A stretch of DNA of 46,356 nucleotides from Fibrobacteraceae bacterium. GTDB lineage: Bacteria > Fibrobacterota > Fibrobacteria > Fibrobacterales > Fibrobacteraceae. Location of the stretch: NCBI GenBank assembly GCA_045615885.1, contig JAZLFR010000018.1:1-46356 (forward strand), in the 5' to 3' direction. Below, piece by piece: positions 7,462 to 17,355 of the stretch. The first letter of the stretch is position 1, and each line of letters begins with the position of its first letter. The notes below the pieces were generated by a model that was given only the letters and a program-made list of their open reading frames with translations, was not told the DNA's origin and searched no databases. The position numbers and the translations under genes were made by a program.

Positions 7462-9012
7462 CTACACCTCCGAATACTCTCCGAGCTGGATGGTCACGGT
7501 CAGGTCAAAAACATGGTTTTCGTCTTTGGCAATCGTCTTGGTGTAGTAATCGGCGGTGATGACCGCGCCGACCGCGGGCGGGGTGTCAAAGTGGATGTTG
7601 TATTCAGGAATGTCCGCTTTTACCATAGCCCAAAACATTCCTGTATGCTCAAATTTCCAATACCGGCAGTTTTGATATTCAGTAGGAACAGCAACACTGG
7701 AACTGGTTGACCCGTTAAGCACAGCAACTTGATGCCATGAGTTCAAATTATTCGTTGCATAAACGACAACGCCACTTGTGCCGCGAAGAGCGTTTATACC
7801 AACTTTGCTGTAATGCGGATTTTCGTAGTATTCAATAGGCCCTAATTCTGAAAACCTATTCGCAGTCGGCAACTTGCTGAACCACGACATACCAGCGCTG
7901 TCTATTGAGTTCAGTTCAAATCCATAACTCCATTCTTCGCTGGACGGGCTGACAAAATGCGCTTTCGGAGGCATATTTAAGTCAACCGTGACACTGGTTT
8001 CTACAGCTCCGTTTATTTTTATGGTAGCCTCTGTTACAAACGGAAAAGCCGTCTTAAAGTCAACCGTTTCTCCGTCTCCTGTGCCGATTGGCTCACCTAC
8101 GATGCTTGTTCCGCGATACCAAGAGCCGCCGACCATAAGCTGAAATGAACTGTCTTCTAATTGCATAGTTTCGTAAGAGCCAGTGCCACCGCCAAACAAA
8201 AAAATGGATGCGATGCCGCCATAGTTAAAACCTGATGCCCCAAGCCGTCCCATAGCAAATGTTACTTTTTTATCCTGCCGATTATAAGTTATTGCATTTG
8301 TTTTATATGAGCCGCTTCCATAAGGCAGAGAGGAATTGTAAAAATTTTCTGCATAGCAACCTCTACCGGCACCGACAATAGGGGCGGCAAATCCAGGTAT
8401 GGCGGTATATGTTGATTTGGAGGCACCTGTAAGCCAGACCATAATATTTGAATAAGCAACAAATATACTGCCACCGTCCCATCCGCTTGCAGAAAAATGG
8501 ACATACACTGTGGCGTAAATATTTATAATGTCAGTTGCCGTTTTGTTGATGGTTATGGGGTTACCGTTCATGTCCTGAAGCATAGCATGGGTGCAAAGGT
8601 TGCTCGTTCCCGTTCCGTAAGCTATACCGACCTCTGTAATACCAACACCGACCGCAACATTCTCTGCAAGAACATGTTTTTTTGTACGGGAGTAAACGCC
8701 GTTTGTCCTGTCAAGTGATAGAGCGGCGTCACCAGTTGCGGACAAATAACCAACATAATGAAATAACGATGTATCACTTGCTGACGGTGTTCCGCTCCCA
8801 CTGCCATAAAACACATAGTTGAAATATGTTTCTGGCGTTAAAAGCCTGTTCCAAAGCTGATTGGTTATAACATTGTACCCGACCGCCTTATTCTTCACCT
8901 CGCCCGTCCTGGCATCCACCACCTCGATATCAAAGCGGTTATGGATAGAGGCGCGGACATTCGCGTTGATGGGCGTCGCCTTTTCGATTTTCCTTGTTTC
9001 TCCGCGTATCAT
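7462..9012 (-). CDS. Tail fibre / receptor-binding-type structural protein; GC-rich N-terminal ~35 codons, then a markedly lower-GC body
   Basis: 516-aa, Gly/Ser/Thr/Tyr-rich with beta-structure character; position after Dit/Tal-like genes. Confidence 0.45.
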   Translation of the reverse strand: MIRGETRKIEKATPINANVRASIHNRFDIEVVDARTGEVKNKAVGYNVITNQLWNRLLTPETYFNYVFYGSGSGTPSASDTSLFHYVGYLSATGDAALSLDRTNGVYSRTKKHVLAENVAVGVGITEVGIAYGTGTSNLCTHAMLQDMNGNPITINKTATDIINIYATVYVHFSASGWDGGSIFVAYSNIMVWLTGASKSTYTAIPGFAAPIVGAGRGCYAENFYNSSLPYGSGSYKTNAITYNRQDKKVTFAMGRLGASGFNYGGIASIFLFGGGTGSYETMQLEDSSFQLMVGGSWYRGTSIVGEPIGTGDGETVDFKTAFPFVTEATIKINGAVETSVTVDLNMPPKAHFVSPSSEEWSYGFELNSIDSAGMSWFSKLPTANRFSELGPIEYYENPHYSKVGINALRGTSGVVVYATNNLNSWHQVAVLNGSTSSSVAVPTEYQNCRYWKFEHTGMFWAMVKADIPEYNIHFDTPPAVGAVITADYYTKTIAKDENHVFDLTVTIQLGEYSEV

Positions 9013-9024
9013 AGTGTGTCCTCC

Positions 9025-10740
9025 TTATATATCGTCCACATGGGTAAGCACGCCGCTCGCCGTGATGGACGCGATCTCGATGTGCTCGTCGGCCGCCTTG
9101 TAGTCGCTGTATTCGATGGCGGTCAGCGTGCCGCTCGCCGTGATGCTCGCGATCTCGATGTGCTCCGCGTCGTTCTGATTGCCCTTCCACGGGATGCTCG
9201 GCGTGAAGTCGAAGCTGAACGCCTGCACGGGGCCGCCCTCGCCACCGATGAGCGCCGCGCCGTCGTAGGCCAGCGTGTAGCTCACGCCCTTGTTGACACC
9301 AAGCGCAAACCGAAGCGTCACGGTGTCGCCGTCCAGCGTCATGCCGCTCGGCGTATGCTCCACGGTTTCCAGTGTCCCGCCGGGGACATAGGTGTACTCT
9401 TGGCAGACGACCGCGAAGTGCGCGTAGTCGGCGGCGCTGAACTCGGTAAGCTCCTCCGAAAACTGCACGGCAAAGGATAGCCCCTCTGCGTCGCTCGTGA
9501 CCGCCACGGGATGCGGCAAACCGCCGACCGGCGGCACCAGCCCCGTCGGGGTGAACTCCGCTCCCATCGGCTCCACGGTCTCCCCCGCCATCGTGACGAG
9601 ATCGCCGCCCGCGTAGGCCAGCGTACATTCACCAACGGCGGCGTTGAAATTCTGCGTGGAGAATATCGCCGTCAAGCCGTCAAAAACGACGGACAGGGCG
9701 TGGAACACATTTCCGTCCTCATCTGTAACAGAGAAGTTCCTCGCGTTCGCCGCAAGGCTCGCGGGGTCGATGTGCCGGTCGAACACCACGGTGAGCTGCC
9801 GCCCGCCCGTGTTCAGAACGGACACGATCTCCGGCTGCCCCGTGCGGTACAGACCGCCGGACGCACTCACGCGGGTAAGCTCGATATGCTCCGCCTCCGC
9901 CGTCTCGCGGTAACGGATGGTAATGAGATTGCCGTTGGCGTCGATGCGCTCGATGTCGATGTGCTCCGCCATCTGGTCGGGCAAGCCAAGATACTTGGTG
10001 TAAAGCTCTACGATGCTTCCGTTCGACCTGCGGAGCTGCAAGGCCACGCGGTAGTCCCATGTGCGCGTCGCCGCGAGGTCAACAAAAGAGCCGGAGACAG
10101 CGGTGATCTGCGTCGCGTCCGTCCATTCGCCGCCGATGAGCTGACGGCCATAGACCGCGCCCGCCAGCAGGAAGAAAACACACAGGCCGTAATCCGTGGC
10201 GCTTGTGTCCGCGCTTGGGGCGCGTATCGCCGTAACCTTGGTGCAGTTGGCGGTGGCGAGTACCACGGGCGGCATATTGGCGTGGAGGATCTGCGCTTTC
10301 AGCACGCCGTCCTTGCACCAGAATACCCACGGCTCGCCGTCCGTCACAAACTCCGCGCCGGTCTTTCCGTGCGGCATTCGCCCGTCAAAGGCGATGGCCA
10401 CATCATCCGCCGCCTCGGCGAAGCCGCTGTCAACAAAGACATGGTTCTCCATTCTGGCGGTAAACGGCGAAGAGCGCACCCGCGCCGTGCCGTCCTTGAT
10501 GTAGGCTATGTAGATCTCTCGATCCGTACCGCCGCGCCTGGGGCGTTTCACAGCGATATCCGCCGCCGTTATGTTTGTGCCGGACAGGACGGTGAACCTT
10601 TCCAAAAACCGCGCCGTGCGCCGCGTCAGCGGCGTGGTGTTGCGGCTGATCCACGCTTCCAGGCGCGGGTCTGCGTCCGTCGCGGGCGTCTGGATCGGAT
10701 TCTTCAGCTTGGCGAGATACCCCGCCGGTAAGCTCCTCAC
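9025..10740 (-). CDS. Tail structural protein; N-terminal ~220 aa paralogous to the product of 10753..11427; C-terminal tandem AEHIEI-type repeats
   Basis: MRSLPAGYLAKLK... aligns with MRSLPSGYETKIK...; four AEHI[ED]I...ASG.L repeat units. Confidence 0.5.
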   Translation of the reverse strand: MRSLPAGYLAKLKNPIQTPATDADPRLEAWISRNTTPLTRRTARFLERFTVLSGTNITAADIAVKRPRRGGTDREIYIAYIKDGTARVRSSPFTARMENHVFVDSGFAEAADDVAIAFDGRMPHGKTGAEFVTDGEPWVFWCKDGVLKAQILHANMPPVVLATANCTKVTAIRAPSADTSATDYGLCVFFLLAGAVYGRQLIGGEWTDATQITAVSGSFVDLAATRTWDYRVALQLRRSNGSIVELYTKYLGLPDQMAEHIDIERIDANGNLITIRYRETAEAEHIELTRVSASGGLYRTGQPEIVSVLNTGGRQLTVVFDRHIDPASLAANARNFSVTDEDGNVFHALSVVFDGLTAIFSTQNFNAAVGECTLAYAGGDLVTMAGETVEPMGAEFTPTGLVPPVGGLPHPVAVTSDAEGLSFAVQFSEELTEFSAADYAHFAVVCQEYTYVPGGTLETVEHTPSGMTLDGDTVTLRFALGVNKGVSYTLAYDGAALIGGEGGPVQAFSFDFTPSIPWKGNQNDAEHIEIASITASGTLTAIEYSDYKAADEHIEIASITASGVLTHVDDI

Positions 10741-10752
10741 AGGGGCACCCCC

Positions 10753-11427
10753 TTACACTGTCTCTGAATAAAGCTCGACGATCTGCCCGCCGGACTTGAT
10801 AAGCTGGAGCGCGATGCGCCCGTCCCCCGTCTGGTGCGCGGCGAGATCGACAAAAGTGCCGGACACGGCATCCACGCGCTGCGACGAGCTCCACGAGCCG
10901 TCGAATTTGCGGTAGTAGACATAGCCGCCGCAAAGATAGAAAGCCCACAGACCACCGGCGCCCTGTGCCGCCGAAATTTTAGTGCAGCTCGACGGGGAAA
11001 GCGTGTCCGTCTGATCGTCGCCGATGATGCGGCCATACGCCGCTCCGCCCTTGCACCAAAACACCCACGGCGCGTCCTCGTCAAAGCAAACGGCCACATC
11101 ATCCGCCGCCGCCGAAAATCCGGCGTCTCGGAACAAGTGCTCGCCCATCTGCCCCTCGAAGCTCGACGCGCAGACCTTGGCCGCCCCATTCTTGATGTAG
11201 GCTATATAGATCATCCCGCCCCGCGGGATATCGCGCCGCACGGCGATGTCCGCCGCCGTCACGTTACCGGAGAGGATCGTGCGCCGCTCCAAGTAGCGCA
11301 CCGTCTTGGCGGTGAGCTGCGTCTGCGGGCGGGATACCCATATCTCCTGCTGTGGCTCCGCGTCCGTCGCCTCGGCCTGCACCGCCTTTTTGATTTTCGT
11401 TTCGTAGCCGCTCGGGAGGCTTCTCAC
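10753..11427 (-). CDS. Tail structural protein (Dit-sized), paralogue of the 9025..10740 N-terminus
   Basis: Shared segments IYIAYIK.G.A.V..S.F, PWVFWCK.G, ALQL..S.G.IVELY. Confidence 0.5.
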   Translation of the reverse strand: MRSLPSGYETKIKKAVQAEATDAEPQQEIWVSRPQTQLTAKTVRYLERRTILSGNVTAADIAVRRDIPRGGMIYIAYIKNGAAKVCASSFEGQMGEHLFRDAGFSAAADDVAVCFDEDAPWVFWCKGGAAYGRIIGDDQTDTLSPSSCTKISAAQGAGGLWAFYLCGGYVYYRKFDGSWSSSQRVDAVSGTFVDLAAHQTGDGRIALQLIKSGGQIVELYSETV

Positions 11428-11762
11428 GGTATAGCCTCCTTTGACAGCGTAAACGTTGCCTTAAAATAATTCTGCGGCATACGGTCTCCGTATTTCAGTG
11501 CAATAAGCCGCCCGTAAAAATCTCCGCGCGAAAGCGTGACCTTGATAACATCGCCGTTTGCGTTGGCGGCGTCCAGAAGCGCCCTCTGCTCCCGCGTGAC
11601 ATAAGCCGTGCCGGGCATGGTCTTGATGGGGTCGCCGATGTTCTGAATGTAGGTTGTGCCGTCAAGGGCATGGGAAATAACCTGCGTCGGCTCGGACTGG
11701 ATTTCAAGCTGGACAAACTCGGTGATGAATTGTCCGGCTGTGTAGTTCCGCATCTCGCTCAT
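11424..11762 (-). CDS. Hypothetical tail protein
   Basis: ORF directly downstream of the TMP. Confidence 0.4.
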   Translation of the reverse strand: MSEMRNYTAGQFITEFVQLEIQSEPTQVISHALDGTTYIQNIGDPIKTMPGTAYVTREQRALLDAANANGDVIKVTLSRGDFYGRLIALKYGDRMPQNYFKATFTLSKEAIP

Positions 11763-14700
11763 CTAAGCCTCGCCTCCTGTTTCATTCTCTCCACAAGCTC
11801 GTCCATGATAATGTCCTGCACACCTACCAGCTCGCCGTTGTTGTTCACGCCCTCGACGCGAATCGTGCCGGATGCGTTGATGTTATGCTGCACTGCCGAC
11901 GAGTTGACCGCGCTCATGCGCCCAACGGAAGCGTCAAAAAGATTGGCGCTTCTCATCGCCGCCGCCTGCGCCTCCGTCAAGACCATTTCGCCCTTGTGGA
12001 GTTCTGCGATATATCCGTCAAACGGAACATAGTCAAGACCGCTCGCGTGAGAGCCGTTGACATAGTATGACGCTGAATATTGCGCTTTTGCCGCCGTTCT
12101 CACGGCGGACAATACTGCGTAATACAATGAGCTCGTTTTGTTGTTTACGGCGCTTATCATGGAGTTCATCAAACTGTTCCCCATGCTGGCACCGGCGCTC
12201 GCAAACTCGCTCTTGTACGGGGCAAGCCCGAGCAGTATAGCGGACATCTTGCTCTTGGTCTGCCTGTTCAGCTCGTCAAGTCGGCTCGCCACGGTGGAAA
12301 CAATGCTGCCCATCGTATCGGTGGTAACGCCCAGGGCTTCGGTTGCTGCTGTCGCAACGGCTTCATTCGTCTCGGTTACTGTTGCTTTAAGTTCATCCGA
12401 CGTTTCCCCGATTGCAGACGCACCCGTTGCGAAAGATGAAGCGGCTGCCTCGCCGGCAGCTTCCATAACGCCGTCTAATCCACTGGAATCTACTTCGGCC
12501 GCACCAAGCGCATCCGTGATTGTGGAGCCAAATTCAGTCCCGAGCGTAGCCGATATTACGCTGTAATCAAGACCTTCCGTGCTGAAAGCGTGCTCGATAA
12601 GGGCTTGTATGCTCGCGGTATCCCACTCCATATCAGCAAGCTCTGATTGCGCCTCGTATATGCCGTCAATAAGATCCGTTTTTGCGGCAGCAATAAATGT
12701 CTCGACATAGCCGCGAGCGTCCTCGTTTTCCTCAAACTTCCCGTTGAACTCGTCTATCCACGACTGCGCCGCTTCGCTAAGCTCGTCACCAGCATCATCA
12801 AGCGATTCGATATGCTCAATGATTTGCGCTATGTGATATGCGCTTTCCGCGTCGCCATCTGCGAGCGCGGAAACAACGACTTCCGAAACTCCGTACTTAA
12901 TCGCTTTCCCAAGATTTTCGCCGTAAGTCGTTAAGTTTTTTGTTTGGGTTTCGATGTCCTTTTCCCATTGGGACAGCGTTTTTGTCGAATCGTCTACTTC
13001 ATACTCAAACGTGTCGAACAGATCTACTTGACTGTCAATAGACTTCTTTGCGGCATCCTGCGCATCTGCGTAAGCGGACGCCAAATCCTCGAGATCATAA
13101 ATAACGTCCTGGACAGCGCCCGTTATTTCAACGCTTTCGCCGGTCGCCGCTTTAACGGCGTCTGCATATTCGTTGACAGCTTCAGACGCAGTGGACGCCG
13201 CTTCGTCAACATCATCAAGAGCCTCCGACACTTCTTCAATGCCATCTGCGGCTTCGTCTGAATTTCCAAAAAGACGACCCCATAGATTTGCGCCAACTTC
13301 TGCACCAATCACTTGCGCGCCTAGATTCGGGATATTGAACATAGTCCCGAGGCCACCAAGAGCAGCGCCTTTGAACCCTGTTTCAAGAGCTTTCTTTAAA
13401 AGCTCGTGTTCATCAACGAAATTATGGACTGCGTCAACTCCGTCGGCGATTCCGTCAACTACTCTCGTTATTCCGACAACAAATTTATCAACAGCCGGAG
13501 TAAACAGATCGCCAAGATTCGCCCTCAACTCCGTAAAGGCGTTTTTCATCTTGGTTATGTCGGCTGCCATCGTATTTGCTTCGATCCCAGCCTTTTCGGT
13601 GAGCGCCGTGTTCTCTGCCCACGCCCTGTTTGCGTCACCTACCGCATCCGAAAGCCCGTATGCCGAATTTACAAACGCGCTCCATGATTGAAGCTGTCGA
13701 GAATCGGTAACGCCGATTGCAGCCAGCGCTGCAACTTGATCGCTTGATCCTTTAATTCCGTCAACCAGCGCTTGCAGCGCCAGTATAGGTTCGGACTTCC
13801 ATGCAACGGCAAACTCGCCCGCCGTCATTCCGGCAACATCGGCAAATTTCTGTATATCGTCACGCCCAGACGACATAGCGTTTTGAATATCGGTTACTAC
13901 GTTTGCAAAGGCCGTGCCGCCTCTTGACGCTTCAACGCCAGCCGACGAAAACGCCGTGCCTATTGCCGTAATTTCCGGAACGGTAAAACCTGCGACCGAC
14001 GCGACGGCACCTATGCGCTCCATGAACTCCTCGATGCGCGGAGCCGTCGTTGCCGATGCGTCGCCCATAGCAGCGATTGTAGAAGCAAGTCGGTCGTAAT
14101 CCGCCTCGCCCATATTTGTGACGTTTCTGATTCGCGCCATATTCGTGGCTACTTCATCAGCCGTCTGCCCCGTGACAACGGCGAGCTGCGCAATAATTTG
14201 CGTAAACTCTCCGATGTATTCTTTAGAAACACCAAGCTGTCCAGCTGTCGTTGCAATGGCTGCGAGTTCATTCGTCGTAACGGGGAGCTCCGTGGAAAGT
14301 TGTTTGAACAACTCGCCAAGCTCTTCAAGCTCTCCATCGCTTATATCGCCAACGGTTCGGCGAACATGCGCCATTTCTGCTTCAAAGTCAATCGAGGCTT
14401 CCGCGCATTCTTTTATGGCGTTTGCCAGCATCTTGATCCCTTGCGTTCCGGCAAGAGCCACAATAGAACCAAGCAGACCGGCAATGATTTCATCTCCGCC
14501 TTTAAGCCCAGAGAGAAGTTCTTCTAACGGGTCTTGCGCAGACCTTGTTTCTTTCCCGAAATTATCAATGGATGTCGCGCATTTATCCGTGCTTTTCTGC
14601 GCCTCGTCAAGATACTTGGTATTCTTCTCAAGAGCCGCCGTTGTGCCGTTGACAGCGATTTGCGAATTGTTGACCTTTGTCTCCCAATCGGAAACGCCTT

Positions 14701-15139
14701 TTTCGGCGGCGCGTAAATACGCCTCCTGTTTGACAAGCTCGGCGTTTAGCTCCCTGTCTTTCGCCTCAAGGTCTTTTACCTCTTTGGAGCCCTCGCCGTA
14801 TTGTTTCTTGGCGGCATCGAGCGCAAGGTTGTTTTGCTGGATGGCGGCTTTCGTCTGCTCGATCTGCTGGCGGTAGCCCTCCGCCGCCGTTTTTGCGTTG
14901 TTTAACCCGTCGTTTGATGTTTGCAGTTTCTGGTTCTGAACATTCAGAACATCTTGCAGCGCTTTCTGTTTATCCGTCAGCGCAGCAAGGCTGTTGGCGT
15001 TTCCGGCATAAGAAGTCTCGACGAGCCTCAACGAGGACTGGACAGAGCGCAGCTCCGCGTTTATGTTTTTCAGCGCTGCGGTGTATTCGCTTTCGCCGGT
15101 GATAGCTACTCGCGTAGATATAGCTCTGCTGTTAGCCAT
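11759..15139 (-). CDS. Tail tape measure protein (TMP)
   Basis: ~1126 aa with long coiled-coil and Ala/Gly-rich segments. Located after the chaperone. Start is ATG 15139 with an AGGAGG RBS (the ORF track extends to a TTG at 15151). Confidence 0.8.
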   Translation of the reverse strand: MANSRAISTRVAITGESEYTAALKNINAELRSVQSSLRLVETSYAGNANSLAALTDKQKALQDVLNVQNQKLQTSNDGLNNAKTAAEGYRQQIEQTKAAIQQNNLALDAAKKQYGEGSKEVKDLEAKDRELNAELVKQEAYLRAAEKGVSDWETKVNNSQIAVNGTTAALEKNTKYLDEAQKSTDKCATSIDNFGKETRSAQDPLEELLSGLKGGDEIIAGLLGSIVALAGTQGIKMLANAIKECAEASIDFEAEMAHVRRTVGDISDGELEELGELFKQLSTELPVTTNELAAIATTAGQLGVSKEYIGEFTQIIAQLAVVTGQTADEVATNMARIRNVTNMGEADYDRLASTIAAMGDASATTAPRIEEFMERIGAVASVAGFTVPEITAIGTAFSSAGVEASRGGTAFANVVTDIQNAMSSGRDDIQKFADVAGMTAGEFAVAWKSEPILALQALVDGIKGSSDQVAALAAIGVTDSRQLQSWSAFVNSAYGLSDAVGDANRAWAENTALTEKAGIEANTMAADITKMKNAFTELRANLGDLFTPAVDKFVVGITRVVDGIADGVDAVHNFVDEHELLKKALETGFKGAALGGLGTMFNIPNLGAQVIGAEVGANLWGRLFGNSDEAADGIEEVSEALDDVDEAASTASEAVNEYADAVKAATGESVEITGAVQDVIYDLEDLASAYADAQDAAKKSIDSQVDLFDTFEYEVDDSTKTLSQWEKDIETQTKNLTTYGENLGKAIKYGVSEVVVSALADGDAESAYHIAQIIEHIESLDDAGDELSEAAQSWIDEFNGKFEENEDARGYVETFIAAAKTDLIDGIYEAQSELADMEWDTASIQALIEHAFSTEGLDYSVISATLGTEFGSTITDALGAAEVDSSGLDGVMEAAGEAAASSFATGASAIGETSDELKATVTETNEAVATAATEALGVTTDTMGSIVSTVASRLDELNRQTKSKMSAILLGLAPYKSEFASAGASMGNSLMNSMISAVNNKTSSLYYAVLSAVRTAAKAQYSASYYVNGSHASGLDYVPFDGYIAELHKGEMVLTEAQAAAMRSANLFDASVGRMSAVNSSAVQHNINASGTIRVEGVNNNGELVGVQDIIMDELVERMKQEARLR

Positions 15140-15301
15140 TAGTCGTCCCAATCCTCCTTGGTGTCAGTTTTGTTTATGTCGTCGTAAATTGCGAACAGGT
15201 CAAACAGTGTCCCCGGTCTCATCCGCATAAGGTCACTCACGGAAAGACGGATTATATTGACCGCCTTGTAAATAATCCGCGGCCTCGCGCCCTTTTGCCC
15301 G
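15139..15301 (-). other. -1 frame extension (T-like) of the tail chaperone reached by frameshifting
   Basis: Stop-free -1 frame from the slippery site to 15139. Confidence 0.45.
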
Positions 15302-15665
15302 TTTTTTTTTGCAGCTCCTCAAGGCCGAGATCGCGGTCGCCCTCTTTCTCCTTGATCTCCTGCCCGTATCCGATGGCGATTGCCTCCGCCGCTCGGTTGC
15401 GCAGCTCGATAAGCTCCACGGGCTTCATGCTTGTAGTGATGGCGGCCTCGTCGTACCGCTCCTCGCGCCCGTCGCAAATGGCCGCCTCGTTCGCCATGCG
15501 GACGACCGCCCAGCGCAAAGCCTCAAAGCCCTCCTTGTCGTCGCGCTGGATCGTTTCCAGCATATTGCCGACGGTGTTATATTTTTCAGCAGCGTCAAAC
15601 ATGACGCTTACGGTGTATTCAAGTTCAGCGGTGATTTCACCGATTTTTGCAGCTGCTCTTTTCAT
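15252..15665 (-). CDS. Tail assembly chaperone (G-like); zero-frame product of 137 aa
   Basis: Starts MKRAAAKIGEITAELEY with a GGGAGGG RBS. Sits between the major tail protein and TMP. The ORF-track extension upstream to 15995 overlaps the major tail gene and is not counted. Confidence 0.55.
   Translation of the reverse strand: MKRAAAKIGEITAELEYTVSVMFDAAEKYNTVGNMLETIQRDDKEGFEALRWAVVRMANEAAICDGREERYDEAAITTSMKPVELIELRNRAAEAIAIGYGQEIKEKEGDRDLGLEELQKKTGKRARGRGLFTRRSI
15302..15310 (-). promoter_or_regulatory. A9 slippery run (CAA AAA AAA ACG) for a programmed -1 ribosomal frameshift producing a GT-like chaperone extension
   Basis: Zero frame stops 16 codons later. The -1 frame is open for ~50 codons and ends at a TAA that overlaps the TMP ATG (taATGg). 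Confidence 0.5.
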
Positions 15666-15765
15666 TCTGCCCTCCCATAAAAAATCGACCTCGGCATGGT
15701 ACGCATAACGCGAGCCGAGGTCTGCATCATAAAGCGGGCGAGGCGTAAAGCCCCGCCCTTGCGGT

Positions 15766-16515
15766 TTAGAAAATGACGGCGATGGTGTGGTCTGCCGAAA
15801 TGCCGGACACGGTATACGTGCCGCCGGAAATGGCGCTCGATTTCTCCTCGCCGTTGTCGTAAAGCGCGGTGGGGTCGCCCTCGATGGTGATGGCGAAGCT
15901 GGAGCCGGACGCAACGTAAAAGTCGCCCGTCTTGTCCACGCTCTTGCCGGTGCCGGTGCCCTGCGCGGAAACAGAAACAAGGAAAGATTCCGCAACGCCG
16001 GTCATGCTCTCGACCCATGCTTCCGCACTCGCCTCGTCGGAAAACTCCTTCGTTTCGCGCCATGCGCCGCCGGTGGCGGGCTTGATGGTGAAAGTGGTGG
16101 AAGTCGTCTGGAAAGTGATATTGCTGCCCTTGGTCTGAACATTGTCGTTGCCAAGAGCCGCTTTTGCGCTGGGGTAGTAGTAACCCTTGTAGCGCTTCAC
16201 TCCGTTGCGCATCAGCACCTTGTAATAGGCAAGACCGCCCTGCGGTGCGCTGTCTCCGGCTTTGTAGGTAACAGTGCCGTTGCTGACGGTCGCGCCGTAC
16301 ACGATTGCCGCAACACTGTCCACCATATCATCGGTCTCCATGGCGATGCTCGCCTTGGAAAACTCGTTGACTTCTTCCGTCAGCTCGTCGTTTGCGTAAA
16401 GCTCGCCGCTGGCAAGGGTCACGGTGTTGTTGGCGCTGACCAATCTGCCGATGACCACGCCGCTATCTGCACCGTCGGGACGGAAGCACGGATGCTTGCA
16501 TCCATAAACAGCCAT
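15766..16515 (-). CDS. Major tail protein
   Basis: 249-aa Thr/Gly/Ser-rich protein upstream of the chaperone/TMP. Confidence 0.65.
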   Translation of the reverse strand: MAVYGCKHPCFRPDGADSGVVIGRLVSANNTVTLASGELYANDELTEEVNEFSKASIAMETDDMVDSVAAIVYGATVSNGTVTYKAGDSAPQGGLAYYKVLMRNGVKRYKGYYYPSAKAALGNDNVQTKGSNITFQTTSTTFTIKPATGGAWRETKEFSDEASAEAWVESMTGVAESFLVSVSAQGTGTGKSVDKTGDFYVASGSSFAITIEGDPTALYDNGEEKSSAISGGTYTVSGISADHTIAVIF

Positions 16516-16529
16516 AGTTTATTTCCTCC

Positions 16530-16976
16530 TTAAAATCCTTTTTTGGTTAAGTAGTCGTTATAGACCTTTTCCGCCGCGTCGTTGGCGGCGTCTGCGTGTG
16601 TTTCCACCGCGACACGAATAAAAGGGCGCGGCCCGGGGCCGCGCACCTTAACGCCGAACTCGTTCACAAAAGCGCGCTCGGCATTTCGCGTCGGGTATTT
16701 GGTAAAAATTTTGCTCGATGTCGTTGTTCCGTTGAAGGTCACGTAGATCGCTTTGCCGTCCTTGACCTTTCGCTTCTTGCCGATCTTGACGCCGCCGGCC
16801 ACAAAGCCCTCATAATACTTTCCTTGCAGCATGGATGCGGCGCTGGCTTCTTCGGCGGGCTTGATGACCTCCGCCATAGCGTCCAGCATCCCGTCCATAA
16901 CCTCGTCCGGCATCTTAGCCAATTCCTCAAACGACAAGGTAAGCTGGTCAAGTCCGTCAGTCGTTATGCTCGCCAT
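16530..16976 (-). CDS. Tail terminator/completion-type protein (start uncertain)
   Basis: Position between head-tail joining genes and the major tail protein. Confidence 0.35.
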   Translation of the reverse strand: MASITTDGLDQLTLSFEELAKMPDEVMDGMLDAMAEVIKPAEEASAASMLQGKYYEGFVAGGVKIGKKRKVKDGKAIYVTFNGTTTSSKIFTKYPTRNAERAFVNEFGVKVRGPGPRPFIRVAVETHADAANDAAEKVYNDYLTKKGF

Positions 16977-17355
16977 AGTCAACTCCGTCGGCAGTCTCAA
17001 AGCTAAAGATCAGGTGTCGGTAGTTCGCGTCCGAATCCGGCTCAACGCTCGGCCATGTAAAACCGGCATTAAACAAAGCCAGCTTGGTTTTTGCCTTTCG
17101 CTCGGTCACATTGACGTCCAGCGGCGCAAACAGGTGGACGGTCAGCAGATGGCGCTCCGCACGTGGCGCATCATCCGCAAAGTTCGTCGGTATCGTCGCG
17201 TCGGTGAAAACGTAATATTCTGGCACATCCTCCGGCGGAACAAAGATCCCGTTCAGCGCGGGAATAGACGGCGTAATGCTTTCAAGCGTTTCTTTCAAAA
17301 CCGCGTCAATGCTCACCGCGCCGCCACCTTCCTCTGCACCTTGATTTCGAGCCAT
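16957..17355 (-). CDS. HK97 gp10-like tail component
   Basis: Gene order and size. Confidence 0.35.
   Translation of the reverse strand: MARNQGAEEGGGAVSIDAVLKETLESITPSIPALNGIFVPPEDVPEYYVFTDATIPTNFADDAPRAERHLLTVHLFAPLDVNVTERKAKTKLALFNAGFTWPSVEPDSDANYRHLIFSFETADGVDYGEHND

Noticed and set aside
6234-7559. 441-aa + strand ORF
   Set aside because: Antisense to the tail protein gene 6066..7460; Arg-rich GC-frame artefact.
9511-10731. 406-aa + strand ORF, and 8939..9628 on the minus strand in an alternative frame
   Set aside because: Overlap the 571-aa tail gene; Arg/Gly-rich with no coding signal. GC-rich frame artefacts.
15252-15995. 247-aa form of the chaperone ORF
   Set aside because: The upstream 110 codons overlap the major tail protein gene in another frame and are Pro/Arg-rich. 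The real start is ATG 15665 with a good RBS.
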